This document shows positions 49,912 to 60,092 of a DNA stretch of 64,000 nucleotides, in pieces (the first letter of the stretch is position 1; each line of letters starts with the position of its first letter). Position numbers and translations under genes: made by a program. The notes beneath the pieces were generated by a model. It was given only the letters and a program-made list of their open reading frames with translations. It did not search any database and was not told where the DNA came from. Location: assembly GCA_016839555.1 (NCBI GenBank), contig JAEOUA010000006.1:416001-480000 (forward strand), given 5' to 3'. This stretch comes from Promethearchaeota archaeon. GTDB taxonomy: Archaea > Asgardarchaeota > Lokiarchaeia > Sigyniarchaeales > SOKP01.

Positions 49912-50277
49912 TATTATCTCAGTGTTTAATAAGTAAATGTTTAATTAACTATATATACTACTTCTGTTTGTAAAAATTTATTATTTTATTTAATTCTTGT
50001 ATTTTCAAAATATAAATATAATAATGATTCATCCTCTAAAAAGTTTAATATATAGGGAGATTTTCTTATATTAAATAAAATTTTCATTATAAAAGGTCGT
50101 GTGAGAAGACTCATTACTTTTCAGCAGATTAATGGTAATATTATTAATTTAAATTCTTTTTCGCAAAAGAGTTTATTCTTAAATATCTTCTAATTTAATG
50201 ATAATAATAATTTTTTAATATAAACTATCTCTATATTAAATAAGAATAAGAAATAACCCTCTCGAGATTAACATAAA

Positions 50278-50784
50278 ATGGCTACAATAGATTTTGAATT
50301 TAGAAACCAAATTCTTAAAAATGAAATAGGAAATACGCTTGCTTATTGTTATCAATGTGCTACGTGCTCTGGAGCCTGTCCCGTGGCACAAGTTACTAAT
50401 GGGAGATATAATCCTAGAAGATTAATTTTAGATTCTCTGTTGGGATTAAAAGAAAAGATTTTTGGAGCTGAAAATTCCTTCGATATATGGGGATGTACAA
50501 TTTGTGATACTTGCGATGAGGTTTGTCCCCAAAAAGTAGAACTCACAGAAATTTTTACTATTTTGAAAAATGAAAGTGTAAAGAGAGGAGAGGCACCCGA
50601 ATATTTTATTAGTCAAGCCAGCACAATTTTAGAATATGGGAAGGCAATTCCAATGCAAACAGCAATAGAAAGGAGGCGTGAGCAATTTAATCTTCCTGAA
50701 ATATTAGCTCCAAATGTTGAGGAAATTCAAAAGCTCTTAAAAGCTACAAAACTAGCTGAAAAACTTCCTAAGAAGAAAGAATAA
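50278..50784 (+). CDS. hdrC: Heterodisulfide reductase subunit C-like Fe-S protein
   Basis: CYQCATCSGACP, YNPRRLI, WGCTICDTCDEVCPQ. Confidence 0.88.
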   Translation: MATIDFEFRNQILKNEIGNTLAYCYQCATCSGACPVAQVTNGRYNPRRLILDSLLGLKEKIFGAENSFDIWGCTICDTCDEVCPQKVELTEIFTILKNESVKRGEAPEYFISQASTILEYGKAIPMQTAIERRREQFNLPEILAPNVEEIQKLLKATKLAEKLPKKKE

Positions 50785-50994
50785 GTTTCATTTTCTTTTT
50801 TGTCTATATTTTATATATAAAACCTAATTTTATAATATTCTTGGTATATTATCATATTATTATAAAACACTTTAATTAAATAAGAATCATTTATAGAATT
50901 CAAAAATTTAGAAAAAACCTATTAGATAAATTGTTGAAATATTATTCTTAATTATATATATACCTTATTTGTATAAAAAAAAGAGGGAAATAAT

Positions 50995-51759
50995 TTGAGA
51001 AAAAAGATCATAGGCGGTAATTGGAAAATGAATCGAGGAGCACCTCAAGATGCTAAAGATATGTTGGAAAAATTAATACCGCTAGTAAAAGATATTGATA
51101 ATGTTGATATTGTTATAGCTCCTCCATTTACATCTCTTACAGCAGCAAATATTTTACTTAATACAAACATCAAAATAGGAGCTCAGAATATGTATTTTGA
51201 AGATAAAGGAGCCTTCACCGGCGAGATATCTCCAAAATTTTTAAAGGCTTTAAATATTGAATATGTGATATTGGGACATAGCGAAAGAAGGAATATTTTT
51301 AATGAAACAGATGATCTTATAAATAAAAAGCTTAAAAAAGCACTACAAGAGGGGTTAAATCCAATAGTTTGTATTGGGGAACATCTAGAAGAAAGGGAGG
51401 CAGGAAAGACGAAAGATATTATTAAAACTCAAATGGATAAAACCTTTTTCGGTTTGAACAAAAAACAAATGCTTGATACTGTCATAGCATATGAACCTAT
51501 ATGGGCGATAGGAACAGGAAAAACTGCCACACCAGAACAAGCGGATGAGGTCCATGAGTATATTAGAAAGTTATTAAATGGAAAATATGACGCTGAAACC
51601 GCAAATAGTGTAAGAATTCAATATGGAGGATCTATTAAACCTGATAATGCCCTCGAGCTTTTTCAGAAAGAGAATATTGATGGAGGATTAGTAGGAGGGG
51701 CTTCATTAGAAGCAGAATCGTTATATGCTATAATTAAGGCTGCCGTAAAGAGTAAATAA
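50995..51759 (+). CDS. tpiA: Triosephosphate isomerase, bacterial/eukaryotic type
   Basis: GGNWKMN, GHSERR, AYEPIWAIGTG, YGGS, GGLVGGASL; 254 aa. Confidence 0.96.
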   Translation: MRKKIIGGNWKMNRGAPQDAKDMLEKLIPLVKDIDNVDIVIAPPFTSLTAANILLNTNIKIGAQNMYFEDKGAFTGEISPKFLKALNIEYVILGHSERRNIFNETDDLINKKLKKALQEGLNPIVCIGEHLEEREAGKTKDIIKTQMDKTFFGLNKKQMLDTVIAYEPIWAIGTGKTATPEQADEVHEYIRKLLNGKYDAETANSVRIQYGGSIKPDNALELFQKENIDGGLVGGASLEAESLYAIIKAAVKSK

Positions 51760-51806
51760 ATAAGTTCAATTCTTTTATTTTTATTAAAAAGAGCATATAA
51801 TCGATA

Positions 51807-52658
51807 TTAACTTAATATATCGTTAAATTCCGAGGTTAATTTGGCGGGAAATTCGCCTAAATATGAATTGGGTTCTGTTACTAACAAATAATAGTAAGAT
51901 TCAAAAAGCTTTTCGACCGTTATTCCAATTCCACTATTAATTAAAAAAACCCAACATTGTTTATTCTCAATAAAAGATTGCCGATATTTCCATTCAAAAG
52001 GATCGATTCTTGGAATATTACCAATATTTCTGAGAATTTGATTGATATTCTCTAAAAAGTATTCATCTTTATTTGAATAGCAGATTAAAGGAGAGAGATC
52101 TATAGAAGTAACAATAATTGCCTTTAAACCATATGTGTCCATTTCACTTAGAAATCTGTTTGCAGTTTTTTCTATTTCCTTCTTATATTTCATTAAATGA
52201 TTCTTTGCTTCTACATCTGTTAAAATGTTAACAATTTCTGTCTCTTCAAAATAATCTATTTCATCCGCAGAATCTAAAGGAATTTTTGGATAAATAAAAT
52301 TGTGGTAAATTAAATTTATTTTTTTGGCGATTTGTTCGTGAAAAAGATAGGATTCCGTGGTAGTTGTTATTAGTACATCTGCTTTATCAACGCTTAAATT
52401 ACTTCCCTCTTCATTTTTTTTTGTTACAAATTCTAGTATGTCTATTTTTTTATCTATGCTATTTGAGAAATTAAATAATGCTGACACTAATCCCGCTCTG
52501 AGTTCAAATTTTGTTTCTGTTTGTTCAGGTATTTTTTTAGTATCTGAAAAATCGAAAAATCTTAAAAAAACTTTTACTCCTTTAGGAACTGGTTTAATTT
52601 CATGATTATAATAAGGAAAACCATGCGTAGAGATTATTGAAAAATCATAATATGTCAA
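51807..52658 (-). CDS. Longin-like N-domain plus roadblock-like C-domain protein
   Basis: FSIISTHGFPYY...ELRAGLVSALFNFS (longin-like); GLKAIIVTSIDLSPLICY (roadblock-like). Confidence 0.5.
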   Translation of the reverse strand: MTYYDFSIISTHGFPYYNHEIKPVPKGVKVFLRFFDFSDTKKIPEQTETKFELRAGLVSALFNFSNSIDKKIDILEFVTKKNEEGSNLSVDKADVLITTTTESYLFHEQIAKKINLIYHNFIYPKIPLDSADEIDYFEETEIVNILTDVEAKNHLMKYKKEIEKTANRFLSEMDTYGLKAIIVTSIDLSPLICYSNKDEYFLENINQILRNIGNIPRIDPFEWKYRQSFIENKQCWVFLINSGIGITVEKLFESYYYLLVTEPNSYLGEFPAKLTSEFNDILS

Positions 52659-52793
52659 GTTTATTTTTCTCTCAAAGTATCACTTGATATAAAATAATTA
52701 TATTAATTTATATAAAAAAATACATAGGTTTCGAATTAACACGAAATTTTTTTCATAAAAAGGGTTTCAAAATGTATAAAATCAGATAAAAAA

Positions 52794-53408
52794 TTAATAT
52801 GATACACTCACTAATTGAGTACCACGAATTTTATATTGTTTATCAATATAAATCAATAGGGCATGGCCCGAATGAACGTAAACGAGAGGGGTTGTAGGTG
52901 TGAGTAATTTTTCAATAAGAGATTTTTTTATAATTATCTGAAAAGTTTTATTACACCCTTTACAAGTAACTAAAGATGCTTTTATTAAATCGAGATTTTT
53001 GAAATTTTTTAAAGAATCTAGAAATACCTCATTAAATCCGTTAAAGATAGTACATGAGGAATCCCCATAGCTATAACAAGAAGTTAAGAGTGATTCATCA
53101 TACATATCGAAAAAAGTTTCTATTAGATATTCTAATAGTGCTTCTAAAATCTGTGATTGTATTGTCGGTTGAGCCCCTAAAGTAAAGATTGTATCTTTAT
53201 GAATAAAATAGACAATAGTTATATCTGGATTTGGAATTGAACAAAAAATGTCCTTATGAGGAGCATTTCTAATGAGTTTAATTTGAAAATATGCGGATTT
53301 ATGGTAATTTTCAGAGGCCCAATAGAAATAACTATCATCGCTTTTATAAGATGAGATATTAAAGAAAAGAGTGTTTTCAAAAAGGTCTATATTTCGCAAC
53401 TTTGTCAT
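52794..53408 (-). CDS. Possible longin-like domain plus C-terminal CxxC/His metal-binding module
   Basis: IVYFIHKDTIFTLGA...ILEALLEYLIETFFDMY...IFNGF; CKGC...HSGHALLIYIDKQYKIRG. Confidence 0.45.
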   Translation of the reverse strand: MTKLRNIDLFENTLFFNISSYKSDDSYFYWASENYHKSAYFQIKLIRNAPHKDIFCSIPNPDITIVYFIHKDTIFTLGAQPTIQSQILEALLEYLIETFFDMYDESLLTSCYSYGDSSCTIFNGFNEVFLDSLKNFKNLDLIKASLVTCKGCNKTFQIIIKKSLIEKLLTPTTPLVYVHSGHALLIYIDKQYKIRGTQLVSVSY

Positions 53409-53500
53409 AATATATTTCTATGAATAATTATAATATAATTAGTATTTATATTTAGAGTAAAGTAATTTTATTAATAATTAATCTGTCGATTAATAAAATA

Positions 53501-56314
53501 CTATAATATTAATATAGAGGGTCTCCCCGGAAAGGCTTTAGCTGCCTTTTCTTCTTTTGCTTTATTTTCAAAAGATATAATCACAGTTGAATTAAATTTA
53601 TCTTCGATAATTGATTTAATATCTTTAAAAAAATTAAATTCCTTTTCAGAAGTTAAGCAATATTCCGGATATTTTCCAATATTATTTAACACATCCTTTA
53701 CGTTCTGACTAATAAACTTAGCATACGGTTTAAATTCAGAATTCTTCATCAATTCTTTCATTATTTTACCTTGGTTTCTTGTTTTTTCTAAGAGCTTCAT
53801 TAATTTACTATAAAATTTATATTTCCAATCAGCAGCAATAAAAATATTTATTTCTTTAATAGAATCCTTGTTTAATACCTGCTTAATATTCTTTATATCA
53901 TCTATAGTATTATTCATTAAATTCCATTTAAAATTATTCTCCTCTGTAAGTAGATTTTTATTATAGGTGGGCCATTTCTTTAAGCTCACATATGGCTTTT
54001 TTCCAAGGAAATTCCAAATTTCCTCCGTCATGTGGGGTACGATAGGATGGAAGAGTAAGGTGAGCGTTTCTCTACATTCATTAAAGATTTTTAAATTTAT
54101 CCCTTCTTCCTTATATTTCTTCAGTTCTGAGGTAAACTGTATTATGTTATTTACAGCATCCCTTATTTTCAAGTTTCTTAAACTTTTGGTTATTTCTTGG
54201 ATGGTTTTATTTAAATAGTATTTCATTAATGTATCTCTCACATTTTCTGTCTTTCTTAGTTTAGGTGGATCTTCTGCCAACAAATGATAATTACTTTTAA
54301 TAAACTTCGAAGCAAAACCCACTCCTTCTTCAGACCATTCTAGACTTGATTTCGGACTCGCTCCGAATAAGATAAAAAATCTTGCAGCATCAGCACCATA
54401 ATGTTCAATAATTTCATTTGGATCCACTGTGTTGCCATAACTTTTAGACATTTTAACGCTTTTTAAAATATATTTAGTATTACAAATCTTACATTTTTTA
54501 TCGTGCATTTCTGCTTTCATTGCAAATCTATCACATTTTTGACAATAGGGATGGAGTTTATTGATCATACCCTGGGTTAAAAGTCTTTGAAATGGCTCAT
54601 CATGATTATGAAGCCCTAGATCTCTTGATACTTTCGTAAAGAACCTCGCATAGATAAGATGCATTACCGCATGCTCAATGCCCCCAATATATTGATCTAC
54701 ATTTCCCCAATAATTTACAATCTCTTTATCATAAGGTAAATCACTTTCAAGAGAAGGGGGATCACAGAAAGCAAAAAAATACCAAGAGCTATCTATAAAT
54801 GTATCCATAGTATCCGTTTCTCTTTTGGCTGGTTTACTACATCTTGGACATTTTTTATTAATAAAACTCTCACTTGTTTCTAAAGGATTTCCAGATCCCG
54901 TAAAAACAACATCTTTTGGCAAATGAACCGGTAGATCTTCATAGGGTACGGGAACTATACCGCATTTATCACAATATATTATAGGAATGGGACATCCCCA
55001 ATATCTTTGACGAGAAATCCCCCAATCTCTTAATTTATAATTTATAGTAGCTTCTCCCATCCCTTTTTTCTCTAATTTTTCTGTGATAGCATCAACAGCG
55101 TTGCGATTTTCCATACCATTGAATTCTCCGGAATTCACTAAAGTTCCATCTCCTTCATACGCTCGTGTCATTTTCTCGGCATTTATTTCATAATCGTAAG
55201 GTTGTATCACGACTTTTATGGGAATATTATATTCTTTTGCAAATTCGAAATCTCGCTGATCATGAGCAGGCACAGCCATAACAGCCCCCGCTCCATATTC
55301 ATAGATTACAAAATTTCCTATATAAACTGGAACCTTTTCTTCCGTCATCGGATTGATTGCATATTTTCCTATGAACATCCCTTTTTTTTCTATTTCAATA
55401 TCTGTTCTTTCGAATTTATTTTGCATCATTACTTCTTTATATAAAGATTTAAATTGATCTTCATATTTCTTCCCTTTTACCCATTCAGAAACCCAGGGGT
55501 GTTCTGGGGCGAACACCATAAAGGTCACACCATATAGAGTGTCAGGTCTTGTCGTAAAAATATCAATTGTTCTTTTTTCTCCGATAATGGGAAATTTAAT
55601 GATGGTACCTTCAGAGCGCCCTATCCAGTTCCTTTGCATACTTTTCACTTTTTCCGGCCACTCTACAATATTTAGTCCTTCTAACAGTTCATCTGCGTAA
55701 TCTCTAATTTTTAAAAACCATTGTGATAAAAATTTCTGTTCTACATCGGAATTGCAACGCCAACATTTTCCTCCTTGCGCTTGCTCATTTGCTAATACAG
55801 TTTCACATTTTGGACACCAGTTTACATATGAATCCTCTTTATAGGCAAGCCCTTTTTCCAACATTTTTAGAAAGAACCATTGATCCCATTTATAATAATT
55901 AGGATTGTGGCTATAAACCTCTCGTGTCCAATCATAAGAAAGACCGATTTGTTTTTGCTGTTCCTTCATTGTTTTAATATTTTTATCTGTCCATTGCTCT
56001 GGATTTGCTCCATGATCTATTGCCGCATTTTCTGCAGGCATCCCGAATGAATCGTAGCCCATAGGATATAACACATTAAATCCATTCATTCGTTTAAATC
56101 GAGCAAAACAATCGCCGATCGTATAATTACGAAGATGACCCATATGTAATTTTCCAGAAGGATATGGATACATTTCTAATACATAATATTTTTCTTTATT
56201 AGAATCCATATTCACTTCGAATATTTTATCCTTCTCCCATTTTTTTTGCCATTTCTTTTCTATTTTTTGCGCATTATATTCAATATCATTCATTTTTATC
56301 ATTAAATTTCTCAT
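53501..56314 (-). CDS. leuS: Leucine--tRNA ligase, bacterial-type core with archaeal-type C-terminal domain
   Basis: EMYPYPSGKLHMGH, MQRNWIGRSEG, FTTRPDT, SRQRYWG, GGIEHA, KMSKS; ends KAAKAFPGRPSILIL. Confidence 0.96.
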   Translation of the reverse strand: MRNLMIKMNDIEYNAQKIEKKWQKKWEKDKIFEVNMDSNKEKYYVLEMYPYPSGKLHMGHLRNYTIGDCFARFKRMNGFNVLYPMGYDSFGMPAENAAIDHGANPEQWTDKNIKTMKEQQKQIGLSYDWTREVYSHNPNYYKWDQWFFLKMLEKGLAYKEDSYVNWCPKCETVLANEQAQGGKCWRCNSDVEQKFLSQWFLKIRDYADELLEGLNIVEWPEKVKSMQRNWIGRSEGTIIKFPIIGEKRTIDIFTTRPDTLYGVTFMVFAPEHPWVSEWVKGKKYEDQFKSLYKEVMMQNKFERTDIEIEKKGMFIGKYAINPMTEEKVPVYIGNFVIYEYGAGAVMAVPAHDQRDFEFAKEYNIPIKVVIQPYDYEINAEKMTRAYEGDGTLVNSGEFNGMENRNAVDAITEKLEKKGMGEATINYKLRDWGISRQRYWGCPIPIIYCDKCGIVPVPYEDLPVHLPKDVVFTGSGNPLETSESFINKKCPRCSKPAKRETDTMDTFIDSSWYFFAFCDPPSLESDLPYDKEIVNYWGNVDQYIGGIEHAVMHLIYARFFTKVSRDLGLHNHDEPFQRLLTQGMINKLHPYCQKCDRFAMKAEMHDKKCKICNTKYILKSVKMSKSYGNTVDPNEIIEHYGADAARFFILFGASPKSSLEWSEEGVGFASKFIKSNYHLLAEDPPKLRKTENVRDTLMKYYLNKTIQEITKSLRNLKIRDAVNNIIQFTSELKKYKEEGINLKIFNECRETLTLLFHPIVPHMTEEIWNFLGKKPYVSLKKWPTYNKNLLTEENNFKWNLMNNTIDDIKNIKQVLNKDSIKEINIFIAADWKYKFYSKLMKLLEKTRNQGKIMKELMKNSEFKPYAKFISQNVKDVLNNIGKYPEYCLTSEKEFNFFKDIKSIIEDKFNSTVIISFENKAKEEKAAKAFPGRPSILIL

Positions 56315-56548
56315 TAGTTATATAAGAGCGTATCTTTAATGAAGAAATATAAAATAGAATAAATTTTTTTCTAAATAGCTTGTTTATTATAGAAAAAATT
56401 AAAAGTAAGAGTAAATGGAAAAAATTTCTTTCATTTTTTAATTAAGTTTTTTATTTTCAGAGATATTATAAATTCAATTTTTTATTCAATTTTATATTAA
56501 ATTTGAAGTCTCTTGTTTTTTTTCTAACCAAGAAAATTAATTTATATT

Positions 56549-57034
56549 ATGTTAAGAGATTACGAAATAACTAAATTTTTGGACTCAAAGGAAGAGCAAA
56601 ATAAAGAGATTTCAAAAGAATCTTTAAAAAAATATGACAATATCAAAACATATAAAAATCAAGTTTATATGGGAATGAAGGTTGGTGGAGAACATTATTG
56701 GAATTATGATGATGGAAAATGGTATGAAATTAAAAATTCTCCGAATAAATGGAAATTTACATTCAATTGTGTAAAAAATAGAATTAATTATGCTCCTCCA
56801 AATAGTGGGGCACATGTTGGAACAAAATATCATTGGTTCATAATTGCTGATCAAATTGCAGAAAAATTAAATGCTAATTCCTATATGACCACTATGAAAG
56901 GAGTAAAATATAAAATCGGCCATAAAAGAGAATATTGGAAGAAATTTAGTTATGAATATTCTGAACAGAAGAGTTATAAAGAGCAGGTCATTCAGGTCTT
57001 AGAAGAAACTTTAGCTTTACTAAAAAAAGAATAA
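56549..57034 (+). CDS. Conserved hypothetical aromatic-rich beta protein
   Basis: YMGMKVGGEHYWNYDDGKW...GTKYHWFIIADQ...KLNANSY...GVKYKIGHKR. Confidence 0.7.
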   Translation: MLRDYEITKFLDSKEEQNKEISKESLKKYDNIKTYKNQVYMGMKVGGEHYWNYDDGKWYEIKNSPNKWKFTFNCVKNRINYAPPNSGAHVGTKYHWFIIADQIAEKLNANSYMTTMKGVKYKIGHKREYWKKFSYEYSEQKSYKEQVIQVLEETLALLKKE

Positions 57035-57073
57035 TCAAATGGGATTAATCTTATAATAATTGATTTCTCTTTT

Positions 57074-58159
57074 TTAGATTTTACTATCCCATATTCTTTT
57101 AATTTGAAGTGCTTTTTTAAAATATTTTTCGATGGTATCTACCGTATCATTGAAGTCATGTAATTCTCTGGCTTTTTTATTAGCATTTTTTATTAATTTT
57201 TCTCGATACTTTGAATCTGATAAAAGTAATTTAATTCCTTTAATAAAATCTTCTGCATTCTTTCCTTTATATGCAGAATAATCATGTTCTAACCAATTAA
57301 ATACCTCGATATCTCTCGCCACAATGGGCAAATTGGATAAAGAAGCTTCTATAAGGGGCAAACATAGATTTTCTTCATCCGATGTACATAAAAAGATATC
57401 AGCGCCATAATAAGGTTCTCTAATATCGTCATAGTAACCAGTAAATATCATATTATTTATTTTAGACACATCCTCTATATCCGGATCATTTTCTAATGGT
57501 CCTACCCAGACAAAATAATATTCTGGAAACACTTTTGCAACTTCTCCAAAAGTATCTACCCTTTTTCTTTTCCATATAAGACCCACATTTAAAATGATTA
57601 CTGCATTCAGTGGAACTCCGAAATTTCTATTAAGGTATTTTCGAAAATTAGGTCTATATTCTTTCTTTTCCTCAAATTTATCAATAATCATTCCACTGCT
57701 TACAGACCATATGGGATATGTCCTTGTTTTTTGAACTGCTTCTAAGAGCTTTTTAGCATAATCACTAGGAGTCATTAATAAATGGGCTTGACTATATAGG
57801 ATTTTTATCCAATATTTTAAGATTTTATTAATGATAGGATTATCTGGCAAAATATTGCCTTTCAGATCTTCATAGGTTGTATGGGCGTGCTGAACTACGG
57901 CAGCTGTCTCTTTGAATTTGCTTTTATATCTATATAATTGATAAAAAGTAAGCGGATCAAAACTAGAAGAACAAATAATATCCACTTCACCATCATCAAC
58001 CCAACCCGGTTTTTTCTGCTCTGAAGGAACCCAAACATTATGACCCCTGTTTCTCAATTCTTCTATGATCCAATTGGTTGTAACTTCAATCCCGCCTATT
58101 ATTTTGATGTTAGAAAACATCTTGTAAATATAGAAATTTTTAATATATATAATATTCAA
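57074..58159 (-). CDS. Glycosyltransferase family 4
   Basis: HAHTTYED, TPSDY, VG...RKRV, SDEENLCLPLIEA, RDI. Confidence 0.88.
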   Translation of the reverse strand: MNIIYIKNFYIYKMFSNIKIIGGIEVTTNWIIEELRNRGHNVWVPSEQKKPGWVDDGEVDIICSSSFDPLTFYQLYRYKSKFKETAAVVQHAHTTYEDLKGNILPDNPIINKILKYWIKILYSQAHLLMTPSDYAKKLLEAVQKTRTYPIWSVSSGMIIDKFEEKKEYRPNFRKYLNRNFGVPLNAVIILNVGLIWKRKRVDTFGEVAKVFPEYYFVWVGPLENDPDIEDVSKINNMIFTGYYDDIREPYYGADIFLCTSDEENLCLPLIEASLSNLPIVARDIEVFNWLEHDYSAYKGKNAEDFIKGIKLLLSDSKYREKLIKNANKKARELHDFNDTVDTIEKYFKKALQIKRIWDSKI

Positions 58160-58298
58160 TCAATTCAACTCTTTCGAGAAATTTATTACTAATTCAACTA
58201 TATTGATTTTTATGTAATTAGTAAATAATAATAGTTTTATATGAATCTTATGAATTCTGTGAAAAAAATTTAACTTCTCTGAGAAATTATTTAAAATA

Positions 58299-59303
58299 AT
58301 GGGTATTGAGAAAATAAGAGTCTCATTCGGAAGTGCAGTAAAATTAGGATTAATTTCAAATAAAAAAATAGATGAATATCCAACAACTTGTTATTTAATG
58401 ACCTATATACCTGGAAAATGCGCAGCTAATTGTGGTTTTTGTCCACAAGCTAGAGGTTCCCATAGTTCTATTGATAAACTTTCCAGAATTATATGGCCTG
58501 TATTTGATTTAAAAGAAGTATTAACAAAATTAAGATATCTTATATCTTCAGACCGCTTTGAAAGGATCTGCACACAAACGCTAAAGTATCCTAAAAATTT
58601 TGATGATCTAGTAGAAATAATTTCGAAATTAAAAGAGAGTACTTCCACCCCTATTTCAATAGCAATTCCCCCTATGTCTAATGAAGAATTATTTCAACTG
58701 AAGTCTTTAGGAGTGGAGAGGGTTGGAATTGCTTTTGATGCTGCAACCCCAGAAATTTTCAATAAAATAAAAGGGAAGGAAATAAATGGACCATATGACT
58801 GGAACACTCACTATGAATGCATAAAAGAAGCCTTAAAAATATTCTCTAAAGGGTTCGTTTCAACACATATAATTGTTGGATTGGGAGAAACACAAGAAGA
58901 AATAATTAACTTAATTGATGAATTAAATAAATTAGAGGTATTGCCCGCATTATTTGCATTTATGCCCATAAGAGGGACACAATTAGAAAATTTGGAACGC
59001 CCAAAGATAATAGATTTCAGAAAAATTCAGCTCGCACGATATTTACTCATCCATAATAAGAAATCAATAAAGGATGTAACATTTAATCGGAAAGGAGAAA
59101 TAATTAATTTTAACATAAATAAACGAGAATTATCAAACATAATAGATGAAAGTGTGGCATTTATGACTACCGGTTGTCCAAGTTGCAACAGGCCTTATTA
59201 CACCTCAAGACCTTCTGGTCCTATCTATAATTACCCTCGAATCTTACAAGAATCAGAAAAGAAGAAGATTTTTGAACAATTAAAATTGTTTGTTAAACTA
59301 TAG
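58299..59303 (+). CDS. lipS2: Archaeal-type lipoyl synthase LipS2 (radical SAM)
   Basis: CAANCGFC plus C-terminal TTGCPSCNRP matching TXGCPXC(N/D)RP; adjacent ligase. Confidence 0.85.
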   Translation: MGIEKIRVSFGSAVKLGLISNKKIDEYPTTCYLMTYIPGKCAANCGFCPQARGSHSSIDKLSRIIWPVFDLKEVLTKLRYLISSDRFERICTQTLKYPKNFDDLVEIISKLKESTSTPISIAIPPMSNEELFQLKSLGVERVGIAFDAATPEIFNKIKGKEINGPYDWNTHYECIKEALKIFSKGFVSTHIIVGLGETQEEIINLIDELNKLEVLPALFAFMPIRGTQLENLERPKIIDFRKIQLARYLLIHNKKSIKDVTFNRKGEIINFNINKRELSNIIDESVAFMTTGCPSCNRPYYTSRPSGPIYNYPRILQESEKKKIFEQLKLFVKL

Positions 59304-59312
59304 GTTTTATTT

Positions 59313-60092
59313 ATGGAAGAATGGAGATTTTTGCCATTAGAAATAAGAGATGGTTTTTGGAATATGGCGTTAGATGAAACTATCTTGAGAGCAGTAATTG
59401 AGAAAAAATCGCTAAATACCATACGCTTATATAAATGGAACCCCTCCACTGCGTCTATTGGCAGAAATCAAAGTTTGAATGATGAAGTGGATACAAAATT
59501 TTGTGAAAGGAAGGGATTTAATGTAGTGAGAAGGATTACTGGTGGAGGGGCTGTATTCCATGATAAAACGGGTGAAATAACATATTCTATAGTATGCCCA
59601 TTAAGCTTTTTGAAAAATTTAAATGCTATTAAAGTATTAGATCAGTATGAAATAATAACCCAAGGCATCATTTCTGGCTTAAATCTTTATGGAATAAAAA
59701 CTGAAACAGGACAAATTCATTGCCCAGCACTGTTTTTCAAAGGGAAAAAGTTTTCGGGGAATGCTCAAGTAAGAAAGAAGGGGCATCTTTTACAGCATGG
59801 TACTATATTATTAGAAATTGATTCAAATTTAATGTATTCCGTATTAAAAACCCCTCCAAATATTTCAAAGAATAGAATGATACGATCTGTAAGAGCAAAA
59901 TGTATAGGAATTAAAGAAAATCTTAAGAATTTTGATGAAAAACACTTCATATATGCATTGAAAAAAGGTTTTGAAAAAACTTTAAGAATTAAATTAAGTA
60001 TAGGGCAATTCTCTCAATTAGAATTAGATTTGGCAAAAAAACTAGTAGAAGAGAAATATAAAAGAGATTCGTGGCTAAAAAGATATGAATAA
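59313..60092 (+). CDS. Lipoate/octanoate-protein ligase catalytic domain (LplA/LipM family)
   Basis: NMALDE, VVRRITGGGAVFHD, KKFSGNAQ, LQHGT. Confidence 0.92.
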   Translation: MEEWRFLPLEIRDGFWNMALDETILRAVIEKKSLNTIRLYKWNPSTASIGRNQSLNDEVDTKFCERKGFNVVRRITGGGAVFHDKTGEITYSIVCPLSFLKNLNAIKVLDQYEIITQGIISGLNLYGIKTETGQIHCPALFFKGKKFSGNAQVRKKGHLLQHGTILLEIDSNLMYSVLKTPPNISKNRMIRSVRAKCIGIKENLKNFDEKHFIYALKKGFEKTLRIKLSIGQFSQLELDLAKKLVEEKYKRDSWLKRYE

